Origin: Chiloscyllium plagiosum
Taxonomy: Eukaryota
NCBI RefSeq assembly: GCF_004010195.1
Contig: NC_057719.1
Coordinates: 34,027,981-34,091,980 of the forward strand
DNA: 64,000 nt
Direction of reading: 5' to 3'
Of the stretch, positions 38,884-51,372 are shown one piece after another; positions within the stretch are counted from its first letter, which is position 1, and every line of letters starts with the position of its first letter. Position numbers and translations under genes: made by a program. Below the pieces are notes generated by a model. The model saw only the letters and a list, made by a program, of their open reading frames with translations, did no database searches and had not been told where the DNA came from.

Positions 38884-39599
38884 TATTCAGAAATTACTCA
38901 TTAGTATAGTTAATCCGAAAACAGTTTCACATTCTGTCTAGGATCAGAGAATACATTTTCATAGCATGTGATTGATTTGAAAGTAATTTCCCTTTCTTTT
39001 GCATTTCTCCACTAAAGCTAATAGTTTATCTCTATTCATCTTCTCAAATTAGAATTTCCTTAAATAACTTGATTACAGTGTTGTATGGTTAACTAAAATT
39101 TTGCAATATGCTCAGCCCATCAGGAGATAAAGCCTTGTAAGGAGAGGAGATAGCCAGACTGGTAGTTGTTGATTTTTCTCTTGCTCCCAGAATGTTTCAG
39201 AAACAGTAATATGGATTTGCTCTTAAGCTGAGTTTTATGTCTCACAAGAGACTATATTGTATCACAGATGTAATGTCATTAATTATTATCTAGTGCGTAA
39301 TAAACATTTAGTGTTTATCAAGGTTTGGCAATGTAACTTTTTCAGCAAAACTCAAGGATAATTTTGTTTATCAATATCCAACAGAAGAAATAGGGATCGT
39401 CCACTCAAACTGGAAAAGCTCAACTTTTCCCAGAATCTGAAGTCATTGAGCTCATTGCCTTTCTGTCCACATCGATAATCCTAAACCCTATATGTCAAGA
39501 AATAGACTTTATCCTGAATGTTAATACAAAATGTGTAAAGTGTACAAAATGTAACAATGTTGCTTTTCCCCTTAAATTGGAATTCCTGCAAATGACCTT

Positions 39600-42200
39600 G
39601 ATAAGTTCAACATGAAAATCTTCAAAAAAACATACTTTTTCTCAACAACTTTAATGGGAAAGTCTTGAAACAGACAATAAATTTCTGGGATATGTTGTTT
39701 GAGCAATGTACATAATGGTATACCAACAGAAAATAAAACTACAAAAGATTTCTGTCCACTCAGTAATGTCATAGAACTGCAGAGACTCATAGGAATATTC
39801 ATCCAAGTAGATAAATTTCTAATGCACCCTACAGCAAATTAATGAACATTTGAGAGAACCTCTTATGATCTTGAAATGAGCATTGACAACAATCCTTTGA
39901 AAAATGTAATGAGATGCTAATACCTGCATTAAGCTAAGGTCATTATTACCCTGAATTACCAAACACAATGATGACTGATGAATCATCAACTACATAAGGA
40001 ACAATGCTGTTCCAGGTTCAAAAAGATAGTAAGAGGATAGCAGTTTATTATGCAGCAAGTTACTTAACGTTAACCAGATAGAAACACATAACTATATTTT
40101 TAAAAAATGAAACACTTTCAGTTTCTTAGGTATGCAATGCAATTCTATGTCTTAGGATGACTGTTCAAAACTGAAACATGTCAATGGTGAAAACTGAAAG
40201 AACTGTGGATGCTGTAAATCAGAAACAAAAACAGAAGTTTCTGGAAAAGCTCAGCAGGTTTGACAGCAACTGTGAAGAGAAATCAGAGTTAACATTTCAG
40301 GTCCAGTGACCCTTCCTTAGAATGAAATTATCGGACCCAAAACGTTAACTCTGCTTTCTCTTCACAAACTCTGCCAGGCCTGCTGAGCTTTTCCAGCAAC
40401 TTCTGTTTTTGTTTTTAAGTCAGTAGTGACCTTGCTAAATACAAATGGAATTGCAAAATTTCTACCAAAGATCCAATGATTTAGATTGAGACTAATCCAA
40501 AATTATGCCATTACTGAGTAAGTTCAGGGAAGTAAACAGCCATTGCAGATACCCTCTTGAGAATGTTCCACTGACTGTTCAGAGCAGGAAGACATGAACT
40601 GCATTAATGTAGGTAGAACCCCATGTGTGCCTCTAACAGCACAAAAACTGCAAGAAATCAGACACACACAGACACAAGATAAGCAATGCATGCAAATTTA
40701 TCCATACTGCCTTGACAGATTCTAGTCAGAACAGACATAGTACTCTAGAGATAGGGGAGCAGGCTGAAAGTCTCCCTTACTGTTCGCCTAATCAGATTAT
40801 CATTTAGCAAGCCCATTCTGAAACAATATTTTGAGCAATCCAGAAATCCTTAGCGTCATCGATGCCTTATTGATGTATAACAAGAGGCTGTTTGTCTCAA
40901 GAGACCTTTGTTTAAGATCAGGAACACTTAGACAGACCAAAGTATTGGCCAGAGCAAAGCACTCAAGACTGTGGTCAGACACCTTGGAATCTTTGGAAGA
41001 CATGAGCTCTGACTGTACCACCAATACCATAAACAGAGAAGAGAGGAAGGAGCCATGCTTGGCCTCCTAACTTTCATCAAACCATAGAAATGTCTTAGTA
41101 TTGATGCTTTGAGCTGAGAGGTAACCTCTTCCTCATGGTCTAGTGAATTAGTATTCCCAATGGATTGAGAAAAAGAGCTTGCATAGGGTCACCTCTGAAG
41201 CCACTATAGTCTTCCTGAAAAAAATTTTTCAAAACAAATGACATTTTAGACATGGCCATCTTGGAAAATGGGTCATAATTAGCAAGTGCTTTAAAGTGCT
41301 TTAAACACTTTGTTGAATAATAATTTCATTCCTATTTCAGCTTAGTAAGATGCCGGCTGGCCAATGTTAAGTCTGAGGTAGGGGTATGTATAGTCAAAGG
41401 CCTTTTGAGTAAAAACAGAATCTTTGACTTGACTCTGTTAAGTTACCACTCCATTCCTTTGTGAAATGCTGTAGCCCCGTGAGACTCAAGAATCTGAAGG
41501 TTATGGAATCAATCCCTTCCCTTACACACACATTGATGGTGTGCATTGCTGCAGGTCACTATAAATGAATAGAGTAACAGGCTAATCAGTATAGAGCAGG
41601 CCAAGCTCTCACCATTAAACAATGCCACAGAGGTTATAACTTTTTAGGTGGCACTAAAAGCAAAAAGATGGTGTGGACTTGGAACAACAAAAAACACTTT
41701 CAGGAAAGACATAGTAACCAAGCTGAAGCATTCATGTCAATAAATAGAAAGCCATTGGGAAGATGGGTTAACTATCCAAAGACAGAGCAGATAAACATAA
41801 TCAAACAACTAACCACCAAAGGACAAAGGAATGACTCTCAGTGCACAAGTATAAATTTTGAGAATATAGATCCTTAATAGCCTTCAAGACATACCGGACT
41901 GGGGAGATTGGTGAAACCATGATAAAAGCTGTACCTGTGAAAAAACAAATTATAGGAGAAAGTTGGAGAAGGATGTGTATATATTGTTCACAAAGATGTG
42001 GGGGAGATGTAAAGTAAAGGGTTACCTATTGAGCATATACCTAGGAAGCTATGTCAATAATGATGTCATGATCACATGGTGAAGAAGCAACATCTCAGAT
42101 TTTGTCCTTAGCTTGAGTGTATTTAGTAATAAAAAAAATTGAAAAGACCTCAGATTCTAGCCACAGCTCTGTAATGGAGTGGAGCACCCAAAACACTACA
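39600..42200 (+). mobile_element. Gypsy LTR retrotransposon remnant (RNase H, integrase, PPT, 3' LTR)
   Basis: AVYYAASYLT near 40040, LLN...PKIQ*FRLRL near 40430-40500, IADTL, and integrase-like WIE...TS..TI..LKKIF near 41160. Purine tract ggggaga at 42001-42007, then tgta...taca at 42008-42200. Confidence 0.7.
40190..40416. mobile_element. Fold-back PLE insertion (type C) inside the Gypsy remnant
   Basis: Inverted arms aaacaaaaacagaagtttctggaaaagctcagcagg and cctgctgagcttttccagcaacttctgtttttgttt around partial hammerheads; degenerate TSD gtcaatggtga/gtcagtagtga. Confidence 0.75.
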
Positions 42201-42410
42201 CCAAAACAACAAATTCCCAAACAGGACATAGTACTGTCAAGGCAGGGGAGCAGGTTGAAAGGCTCCCTCACTATTCCCCTGCTCAGATTATCAAAACTTC
42301 TGCCAGAAGGTGCATGGGAACATGAACATCTGGTCAGGAGGGAATGGTTTTTCACTGCCCATTACACGTGCAATATTCTTGAAAAGTGGCACAATTATTT
42401 CCATGTGCTG

Positions 42411-43915
42411 TTGAATTGAATTGAATTGAATTTATTGTCATGTGTACCAAGGCACAGTGAAAAGCTTTGTCTTGCGAGCAATACAGGCAGATCACAGAGT
42501 TAGGTAGCATAGATAAGTAAATAATAGGCAAAACAAAAACACAGGTACAGGCGAATGTTAAGAGTTTGTAAGTCCATTCAGTGTTTTCATAACTGTAGGG
42601 AAGAAACTGTTTCGAAACCGGCTGGTGCACGTGTTCAGGCTGCAGTACCTTCTCCCCGATGGTAGAGGTTGTAGAAAAATATTATCAAGGTTGGATAGAT
42701 CTTTGAGAATGCTGGCGGCCTTTCCTTGACAGCGGGCCTGGTAGATGGATTCTATAGATGAGAGGTTGGCCTTTGTGATTGTCCAGGCCGAGTTCACCAC
42801 TCTCTGTAACCGTCTCCAATCTCGAATGGTACAGTTGCCATACCAGGTAGTGATACATCCAGACAGAATGTTCTCGATGGTGCACCTATAAACGGTGGCA
42901 AGGGAATTAGACATCATGCCAAATTTCCTCAGCTACCTAAGGAAGAAGAGATGTTGTTGGGCCTTTGTAACCAGTGCACCCACATGAAGTGTCCAAGAAA
43001 GCTTGTTATGGATGACCACTCCCAGGAGCTTGACCCTCTCCACTCATTCCACCTCTGTGCTGTTAATGTGTAGAGGGGCATGAGTAACATCCCGCCGAAA
43101 GTAAATAATGAGTTCCTTGGTTTTGCTGGCATTGAGAGCTAGGTTGTTCTCAGTGCACCATTTTTCCAGGTCTTCCACTTCGCATCTGTATTTTGTTTCA
43201 TTGCCATCTGAGATTCAACCATCTATGGTGGTGTCATCAGCGAACTTGTAAATGGCATTAGTCTGGTATTTGGTGATGCAGTCATGGGTATACAGTGAGT
43301 ACAGTAGGGGCTGAGTTTGCACCCTTGGGGGGCTCTAGTGTAGAGTGTTAGTGAGGATGAAATATTATCCCCGACCTTCACAGATTGTGGGTCAGGAAAC
43401 TGAGGATCCAGTTGCAGAGAGTGGGGCTTAGTCCGAGATCAGTAAGTTTGGTAATGAGTCTCAGGGGATAATAGTGTTAAAGGATGAACTGTAGTCAATG
43501 AGTAGGATTCTTATGTAGCTGTTCTTGGTGTCAAGATGTTCTAGGGAGGAGTGAAGGGCAAGTGATACGGCATCTAACGTGGATTTGTAAGTCCGATAAG
43601 AAACTGGAATGGGTCAAGTTGATTAATGCCATGACCAGCCTTTCAAAGCACTTCCTGACCACCGATGTTAGGGCCACTGGGCGGTAGTCATTGAGACATG
43701 CTGCATGAGCCTTCTTAGGGACAGGGATGATGTTGGCCCTCTTGAAACAGGCAGGGACGGTGGCCTGCTGCAGGGAGAGGTTGAAGATGCCTGAGAAGAT
43801 CTCTGCCAGTTGACCTGCACATGCTCTGAGTGCACGGCCTGGTACTCTGTCTGATCCCATCGTTTTCCTTGGATTCACATGAAGGAAAGCTGATCTAACC
43901 TCTGACAGTTGGAAT
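42411..43915 (-). mobile_element. Rex1/Babar-clade LINE, RT and 3' end
   Basis: ORF 43531-43878 (FNLSLQQATVPACFK..IIPVPKK..AACLNDYRPVALTS...KCFERLV) and ORF 42558-42917 (IENILSGCITTWYGNC...LQRVV...LPSGRRY); tail (attca)n at 42411-42431. Confidence 0.88.
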
Positions 43916-43999
43916 AAGTTTGTCAGGACTTGTTGCCTAAAATAGAGCTAAAGGCACATTACCTAGTTTAAAAAATCCAAGCACTGTCCTGGTTATCAG

Positions 44000-44346
44000 T
44001 GAGATGGCCACTCCTGTTTGTGGAGCGAGTGTGGGTTCGGCACATTGGCAAGGTGGTGAAGAGATGACACCTAAAGAGTGGCGATTCCTAAGATGGTGAG
44101 ACCAGCACAGATGGCAGTGAGTTGGTGGAGGAGGGATGGTGGCATAGGTGTTGCTGATGAGCCAACTTAGGACTCATCATGGAGGCAGCAGAATGAAGAC
44201 AGACAATCTTTCAGTTATACCTTTTTACTCTTTTTATTCTTAAATGATTTAAAATGGCGCTAGATTGTGTCGACATTTGAAGCATTCCACTGTACTTTAC
44301 TGTACTATTTACTGTAAAATACAAGTGACAATAAATCATTCAAATT
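44000..44346 (+). mobile_element. Short non-coding element ending in a Rex1-like 3' tail
   Basis: ttccactgtac...aagtgacaataaatcattcaaat resembles the Rex tail ttcactgtac...tgtgactgcaataaatcaaatc at 62005-62052; the 5' boundary is uncertain. Confidence 0.45.
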
Positions 44347-44798
44347 TAAATCCTGTGTCTTTCTTCTCCACGCAGAATAAAATTGGGCCTGAATTCCACT
44401 ATCAGTGAAAAGTTGCATCTGCCAATTGGTAATAATAGCCTTCATCACCGTACTGACAACAGCAGGAATGTGATTTATTTTCATCTACATTTTGGTGTGC
44501 TGCAAGGTGATGACTGATATTCTGATATGATGGTTGGCATCTGGTAATAGAGAAGAGAGGTAATAAAGAGCAATAACTAGAGCTGCAAGACAATCTGGTT
44601 CAACTGCTTCTGTCAACTCTGAAATGTGAAAAATGTAACGAGTGATGGGATAGACAAAGTGAGAATAATCATGCGATTAAAGTGTTGAAAAGGGTCTGGA
44701 AAACAATAGCCCAGCAATTACTGTCACAATATGGCAGGTCTGGAAAATATATTAGCAAATACTATCAAGAGTGCCCATTTCTGTGCACTTCTTACCAG

Positions 44799-45176
44799 CC
44801 GAAAGTGAGTACTGCAGATGCTAGAGTTTAGTGTCGAAAGTGTGCTGCTGGAAAAGCACAGCAAGGTCAGGCAGCATCTGAGGAGTAGGAAAATCCACGT
44901 TTCAGACAAAGGCCCTTCAAAAGTCCCACATGTCCATCTTTCTTCCCACCTATCCTCTCCACCCTCCCCTCCAACCTATCACCTTTATCCCCACTTCCAT
45001 CCACCTATTACACTCTCAGCTATCTTGTCCCCCGCCCCACCCCCTCCCACTTAAGTCTCCACCCCCAAGGCTCCCAGCCTCACTCCTGATGAAGTGCTTT
45101 TGCCAGAAATATCGATTTTCCCACTCCTTGGTAGCTGCCTGACCTGCTGTGCTTTTCCAGCACCACACTCTCGATT
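44799..45176. mobile_element. Fold-back PLE insertion with 13-bp TSD
   Basis: cacttcttaccag at 44786-44798 and 45177-45189; reverse terminal repeat at 44799-44918 and forward copy with ctgatgaagtgcttttgccagaaatatc near 45086. Confidence 0.85.
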
Positions 45177-45189
45177 CACTTCTTACCAG

Positions 45190-45670
45190 TGTCTTCTGGA
45201 ATACTGTGTACAAATCTGGCTGCCCTGTTATAAAAAGGATACTATTTACCTGGCGAGGGTTCAGAAAAGATTTATCAGGACGTTGCTGGGAATGGAGGGT
45301 TTGAGATATAAAAATAGACTGGGAAGGCTGGCACTTTTTCCACTGGAGCTGAGGAGGTTGAGGGGTGACCTTATTGAGGTTTATAAAATCATGAGGTATG
45401 AATGACAAAGGTCTTTTCCCTCGGGTGGAGGAGTTCAATACTAGGGGGCATATTTTTAAGCTGAGAGGAGAAAGATTTAAAAAGGACATAAGGGGCAATG
45501 TTTTTGCACAGAGAGTGGTTCATGTGTGGAATGCACTGCCAGAGAAATTTGTGGATGCAGGTGCAGTTATAATATTTAAAAGATATTTGGATAAGTACAT
45601 GAATGGACTGGATGGACCGAAGAGTCTGTTTCCATGCTGTATAACTCGATGATTCAATGACTATGACTCT
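45190..45670 (+). mobile_element. CR1 3' fragment
   Basis: LEYCVQIWLP..RVQKRF..LRGDLIEVYKIM; TRGHIFKLRGERF; tail ctatgactct. Confidence 0.9.
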
Positions 45671-46829
45671 GTCTGGTGTTTGCAGTTTTAATTTGAGCAC
45701 TGATGGATTCTGGATATTTGGATTCTGGATATTTGGATTGCTAGCTAATGATCTTTCTTCATCAAGAGTTTCCCAAATTCCATTGCACATCTAAAGCATT
45801 GCTAATCCTCATGTACACTTTGCTGCAGAAAATTCAATCTTGTCAACATTTTATCGTGAGAATTGGTTGTATTTGATCATTAAATCTGTTGCGTATTTGA
45901 ATTGAACCCTTAAGTGATTGGACTCAATATTAACGGAGCATCACTAGCAACAACAAGAAGAAAATATGTATCATTTGTATCCAACTGACATAGAAATTAC
46001 ACTTATCTGTAATTTAGACATCAAGGTTCTTTTAAACTGGAACAGTACAAGACCGTCTCCAGTAGATTACAGTCATATTATTTAACAGGTAAATTGGAAT
46101 AAATTTGGTGGCTCCGAATTTGAGTATTATTGGAAGAAGACATGCTATTGAAATGTTTTTTCTTGCACTCATCAGGCCAATTTGCAAGAACACAAATTAA
46201 AGGCATAAACCAACATTTATACTGTAACAGAGGAGAGTACTGATTGACTAGCAAGTGGCCACTGATTGGTAGAGATTTTGCCATCGTGAATGCATCAATT
46301 CATGATGATTGAAGTTAATTGCCAGGCTGTTTTTAAATGTCAAGTTATGCAAGGTGACACTGATTGGTCGGGACATTGTTCTGAGAAGTGAGCAAATGAA
46401 TGGCTGTCATTTATTTTGTTTCTGAGTTTAAAAAGGTGCAGTGTTAGTATATGCTCTTCCTATCTGCAAAGAACACAGCCTGTGTAATAGTATATGAGCC
46501 TTCCAGTACATGCAAGTATACCATCCCCAAAATTGCTTGTCAGGATCATTTTTAACACAGCTGGAATTACCTAGAAAATATTGTCTAATTACAGAATCAC
46601 ATGTAATGTTGTATACTGTAGAGCACCTTTTGCAAGTGTAAGCTGGATGGGTACAGTGTGTGCCTTGCTTGTTGCAAACAGCTGAAGGGAAATAGTGTTT
46701 GATATAACCCACCAGTCTGTTGGACATGCAGCCCACATATCTGACCTCACAGCAACAGTGAAATTCATATGTCGCTTTACTTATTTCTGTGAAATCCAGA
46801 GCATGCTTTTCACTGATGGCAGCATCCTA

Positions 46830-47465
46830 TTAGTTACAAGGCATTACCATCACTGAATCTCCCACTATCAACATTTTGGGTTACCACTGAAACTGAACTG
46901 GACTAGCCATATAGATCATGTAGCTATAAGTATAGGTTAGAGGCTCGGAATTTTGTCGTGAGTAACTCACCTCCTATTTCCCCAGAGTCTGTCATGATCT
47001 GCAAAGCAAAAGTCAGGAATTTGTTGGAATAGTCTCCACTTTCTGAAATGAGTGTGATTCCAACATTTAAGAAGCTCAACATCATCTAGAATACATCAGA
47101 GTACTTGATTGGCGTCATATCCAACACTTTCAACATTCACTCATTCTACCAGAGATGCTCAGTGGCAGCAGTGTGGACCATCTACAAGATACATTGCAAT
47201 AATTCACACCGAGGCTGCTTAGACAGCAACTTTCATATGGACAACCTTTACCAACTAGAAACATGTAGGATCAAGGATTACAGGGAGAAGGCAGAACAAT
47301 GGGGTTGAGAAATATATCGACCATGATTGAATGACAGAGCAGACTCAATTGCCGAATGGCCTATCCTGCTTCTATGTCTTATGGTCTTGTGGCATCAGAT
47401 ATATTGTAACATCATCAACTGCAAGTTGCCCTCCAAGCCACATACTATCCTGACTTAGAACTACA
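46830..47465 (+). mobile_element. Old LINE 3' region with a nested CR1 tail (about 47265-47390)
   Basis: NILG.T...LNW..HI, KAKVR..LE.SPL, NIHSF.QRCSVAAVWTIYKIHC. Confidence 0.65.
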
Positions 47466-47529
47466 TTACATTACTGTTAAATATAGGTCAACAAACTGTG
47501 AACAAATTTTGTTTTAAAAGGCTCATATC

Positions 47530-47875
47530 GAGAACTTGAGCACATAACCCATCTTTACTCTTAAGACAGTGCTGCAGGTTAGTGGTATTGTAGAAAGTGC
47601 AGCCTCTTGAATGAAGGCTGTCTTATCTATTATTATAAGTGTAAATGATCCCATAATACTTTTGTAAAAGAAGCATAGAGTTCTTCTACTATCTTTGCTA
47701 TCATTAATTCCTCGCCTACCATCATGAAAGCAGGATAATTTTTATCTCATGTTTATTTTGGAAAATTGCTATGTGCAATTTGTCTTTCATGTTCGTCCCC
47801 AGACTACAATAGTTACACCCCCAAAGTAATCTATTGGTTGCAAAGCATTTTGAGATATCTCTAAAGATTTGATCA
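47530..47875 (+). mobile_element. Highly decayed Deu-domain SINE
   Basis: gtaaatgatcccataatactt..aagaagca and 3' end caaagtaat.tattggttg.aaagcattttgagat. Confidence 0.5.
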
Positions 47876-47896
47876 TGCAAGATACATTCAAGCTTT

Positions 47897-48218
47897 CATA
47901 GAATCCCTACAGTGTAGAAGAAGACCATTCAGTCCACACCAACCCTCTAAAGAGCATCCCATCGAGATCCACCCCATTCTTTTTACTCCACATTTACCAT
48001 GGCCAACCCACCTAACTGCACAATGGGACAATTTAGCATGGCCAATCCACTTAACCTGCACATCTCTGGACTGTGAGAGGAAACCAGAGCACCTGGAGGA
48101 AACCCACACAGACACAGGGAGAATGTGCAAACTCTACACAGAGAGTCGTCTGAGTGTGGAATCAAACCCAGATCCCTGGTGATGTGAGGCAGACAATGCT
48201 AACCATTGAGCCTATTGC
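47897..48218 (-). mobile_element. HE1/V-SINE
   Basis: ggaggaaacccacacagacacagggagaatgtgcaaactc and gcatggccaat (reverse strand). Confidence 0.85.
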
Positions 48219-48264
48219 TAACTATTGCTTTTTTTCTAACTCTCTGTTCACATTCCCTTTGCCT

Positions 48265-49697
48265 TGGATTGTAAATTGGTCAGTAGACAGAAAACAGAGT
48301 AGAAATAAATGGGTCTTTTTGGACTGAAAGGTACTGCAGGGTGGTGCAGGGATCAATATTTGGACCTCAGTTATTCACTATACTGTATATCAATTATTTG
48401 GATCAGGGAATCAACTGTAATAGTTCTAAGTTTGCTGGTGATACAAAGCTAGTTGAGATTGTGAGTGGTAAGGGGTTTGTAAAGAGTCTTCAGAACAATT
48501 TAGAATTGTTGACAGAGTAACCAAATGCATGACAAATGCAATATAATGTGGGTAAGTATGAGGTTGTCCACTTTGGTAGGAAAAGCAGGACAGCAAAGTG
48601 TTCTATAAATGGTGATATATTGGGAAATGTTGATGGAAAAAAGGGACCAGCGGTGTCCTTCTACATTAGTCAGTGAAAGTAAACATGGAGGTACAACGAG
48701 TATTTGTGAAGGTAAACAGTATGTTGACCCCCTTTATTGCAAGACGGTTTGAGTACAGGAACAAGTAATTAGACAGAAGGATATAGATAGTTTGCAGATT
48801 TGGGCAGAGAAATGGCAGATGGAGTTTAATCTGGAGAAATGCAGGGTGATCCAGTTTGGAAAGTCAAATTCAGGCGCAAATTATACAGTAAATGGTAGAA
48901 CCCTTAAGAGCATTGACATAGAGAGGGATCTGGGTGTACAGGTCCATTGATCACTGAAAGTGACAACACAGGTGGATAAGATGGTTAAGAACGCATTCAG
49001 TGCACTTGGCTTCATTGACAGGGCATCGAATATAAAAGTTGGTCAGTTATGTTACTATACAAAAGCTGCATAAAACTTAAGTTAGGCCACATTGGAATAT
49101 TGCATGTAATTCTGGTCACCAAACTACCAGAAGGATGCAGATGCTTTGGAGAAAGTACAGAAAAGGTTTACGAGAAAATTGCCTAGTCTGGAGGGCTTTA
49201 GTTATGAGAAGAGGTTGATAAAGTCAGATTATTTTCATTGGAAGGGTGGAGGCTCAGGGTGACTAGGGAGGGAAGGTCTTATGAAGAAAGGCTGAGGGAC
49301 TTTAAGCTGTTTTCGTTAGAGAGAAGAAGGTTGAGAGGTGACTTAATTGAGACATATAAGATAATCAGAGGGTTAGATAGGTTGGACAGTGAGAGCCTTT
49401 TTCCTCAGATGGCAATGGCTAGCATGAGGGGGCATAGCTTTATATTGAGAGGTGATAGATATAGGACAGATGTCAGAGGTAGTTTCTTTACTCAGAGAGT
49501 AGTAGGGCGTGGAATGCTCTGCCTGCAACAATAGTAGACTTGCCAACTTTAAGGGTATTTAAGTGATCATTGGATAGGCATATGGATGAGAATGGAATAG
49601 TGTAGGTTAGATGGGCTTCAGATTGGTTTCACACGTTGGTGCAAAATTGAGGGCTGAAGGGCCTGTACTGTGCTGTAATGTTCTATGTTCTATGTTC
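48265..49697 (+). mobile_element. Three abutting CR1 fragments from different subfamilies
   Basis: RT motifs restart near 48770 and 49262; tail ctgtaatgttctatgttctatgttc. Confidence 0.85.
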
Positions 49698-49972
49698 ATT
49701 CTGTTCAGTCTGATCAGAATTTTGTGTTTCAATGAGATCCCCTCTCATTCTTCTAAACTCCAGTGAATAAAGGCCATTCAACCCAATCTCTCCTCATACA
49801 ACAAACCTGTCAGCCCAGGGATCAGATCAGTGAACAAACACTGAGCTTCCTCTCTGGCAAGTCTAACCCTTTTAGGTAAGGAAACTAAAAGTGCACACAC
49901 GACTCCAAGTCTGGTATCACCAAGGCCCTGGAAAACAATACAGCATAAGAGGAGGTTCTTCAGCCCACCAAG

Positions 49973-50143
49973 GAGGAGACAGTGAGGTCTGCAGATGCTG
50001 GAGATCAGAACTGAGAGTGTGTTGCTGGAAAAGCACAGCAAGCAAAGGAATGCTTGATGAAGGGTTCTGGCCTGAAACCTCGATTTTCTTGCTCCTTGGA
50101 TGCTGTCTGACCTGCTGTACTTTTCCAGCAACACACTCTCAAC
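49973..50143. mobile_element. Fold-back PLE insertion with 16-bp TSD, inside a minus-strand CR1 piece
   Basis: tcttcagcccaccaag at 49957-49972 and 50144-50159; degenerate hammerhead ttgatgaagggttctggcctgaaacctc. Confidence 0.85.
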
Positions 50144-50230
50144 TCTTCAGCCCACCAAGCCTGCACCAATTCCTAGTCCTTATTGAGACCTGTGATTTAA
50201 CACCCGTAAGTGGTTTCTATCCCTCTATTC

Positions 50231-50300
50231 ACCTCATTTATTGTATCCGTTGTTCCCGATGCGGTCTCCTCTACATTGTGGAGACTGGACGCCTCCTAGC
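50231..50300 (+). mobile_element. Isolated GIY-YIG endonuclease core fragment from a PLE
   Basis: LIYCIRCSRCGLLYIVETGRLLA, similar to the minus-strand copy at about 51930-51995. Confidence 0.75.
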
Positions 50301-50532
50301 ACCCAGCCCAGCCATTACAACCTATCCTCATAAGGCCACTCACTCCGTTTCACTATTAATCTAGTAAACATCCTCTGAACCACCTCCAACACATTTATGC
50401 CCTTGCTTAAATCAGGAGACCAAAACTGCACTAGCTATTCATGATGTGGTCTTACTAATACCCTATATAACTGACACATAACGGCTTTACTTTTATGGTC
50501 AATTCCTCTCATAATAAAAGGATAGAATTCCT

Positions 50533-50661
50533 TTCCTGAAGAAGGGCTTATGCCCGAAACGTCGATTCTCCTGTTCCTTGGATGCTGCCTGACCTGCTGC
50601 GCTTTTCCAGCAACACATTTTCAGCTCTGATCTCCAGCATCTGCAGTCCTCACTTTCTCCT
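50533..50661 (+). mobile_element. Short PLE terminal-repeat insertion (type B)
   Basis: Near-identical to the right arm at 22395-22525. Confidence 0.85.
50536..50563 (+). ncRNA. Minimal hammerhead (type B), intact core
   Basis: CUGAAGA-A-GGGC-UUAU-GCCC-GAAA-CGUC. Confidence 0.8.
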
Positions 50662-51372
50662 TCCCTCCTTGCAGGCAACATCCTAGTAAATCTCCTCTAA
50701 GCCCTTTGAAAAGCTTTCATATCCTTCCTATAATGTGGTGACAAGGTCTGTACGCAATGCTCCAAATGTGGCCACACCAGAGTTTTGTACAGCTGCAGCA
50801 TGATCTCATGGTTCTGAAATTCAATCCCTCTACCAATAAAAGCTAACATACCATATGCCTTCTTAACAACCCTATCAATTTGGGTGGCAATTTTTAAGGA
50901 TCTATGTACCTGGACACCGAGATCTCTCTTCTCATCTGTACAACCATGAATTATATCATTAGCCCAGTACTCTACATTCCTGTTACTCCTTCCAAAGTAA
51001 ATCACCTCACACTTTTCTGCATTAACCTCCATTTGCCAAATCTCAGCCCTGCTCTCCAGCTTATTTACGTCTCTCTGTAGCCTACAACATCCTTTGTCAC
51101 TATCTACAACTCTACTGACCTTAGTGTCATCTGCAAATTTACTAACCCATCCTTCTATGCCCTCATCTAGGTAATTTATATAAATGACAAAAAACAGTGG
51201 CCCCAAAACAGATCATTGAGGAACACCACTTGTAACTGATCTCCAGGATAAATATTTCCCATCAGCCACCACCTTCTGTCTTCTTTCAGCTAGCCAATCT
51301 TTGATCCAACCCGCGAACACAACCTCAATCCAATGCTTGTGTATTTTGTGCAATAGCCTACATGAGGAACCT

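Noticed and set aside
45703..45740. 15-bp tandem duplication (ggattctggatattt); similar small duplications near 31520, 41284 and 58382
   Set aside because: Ordinary slippage duplications with no further structure.
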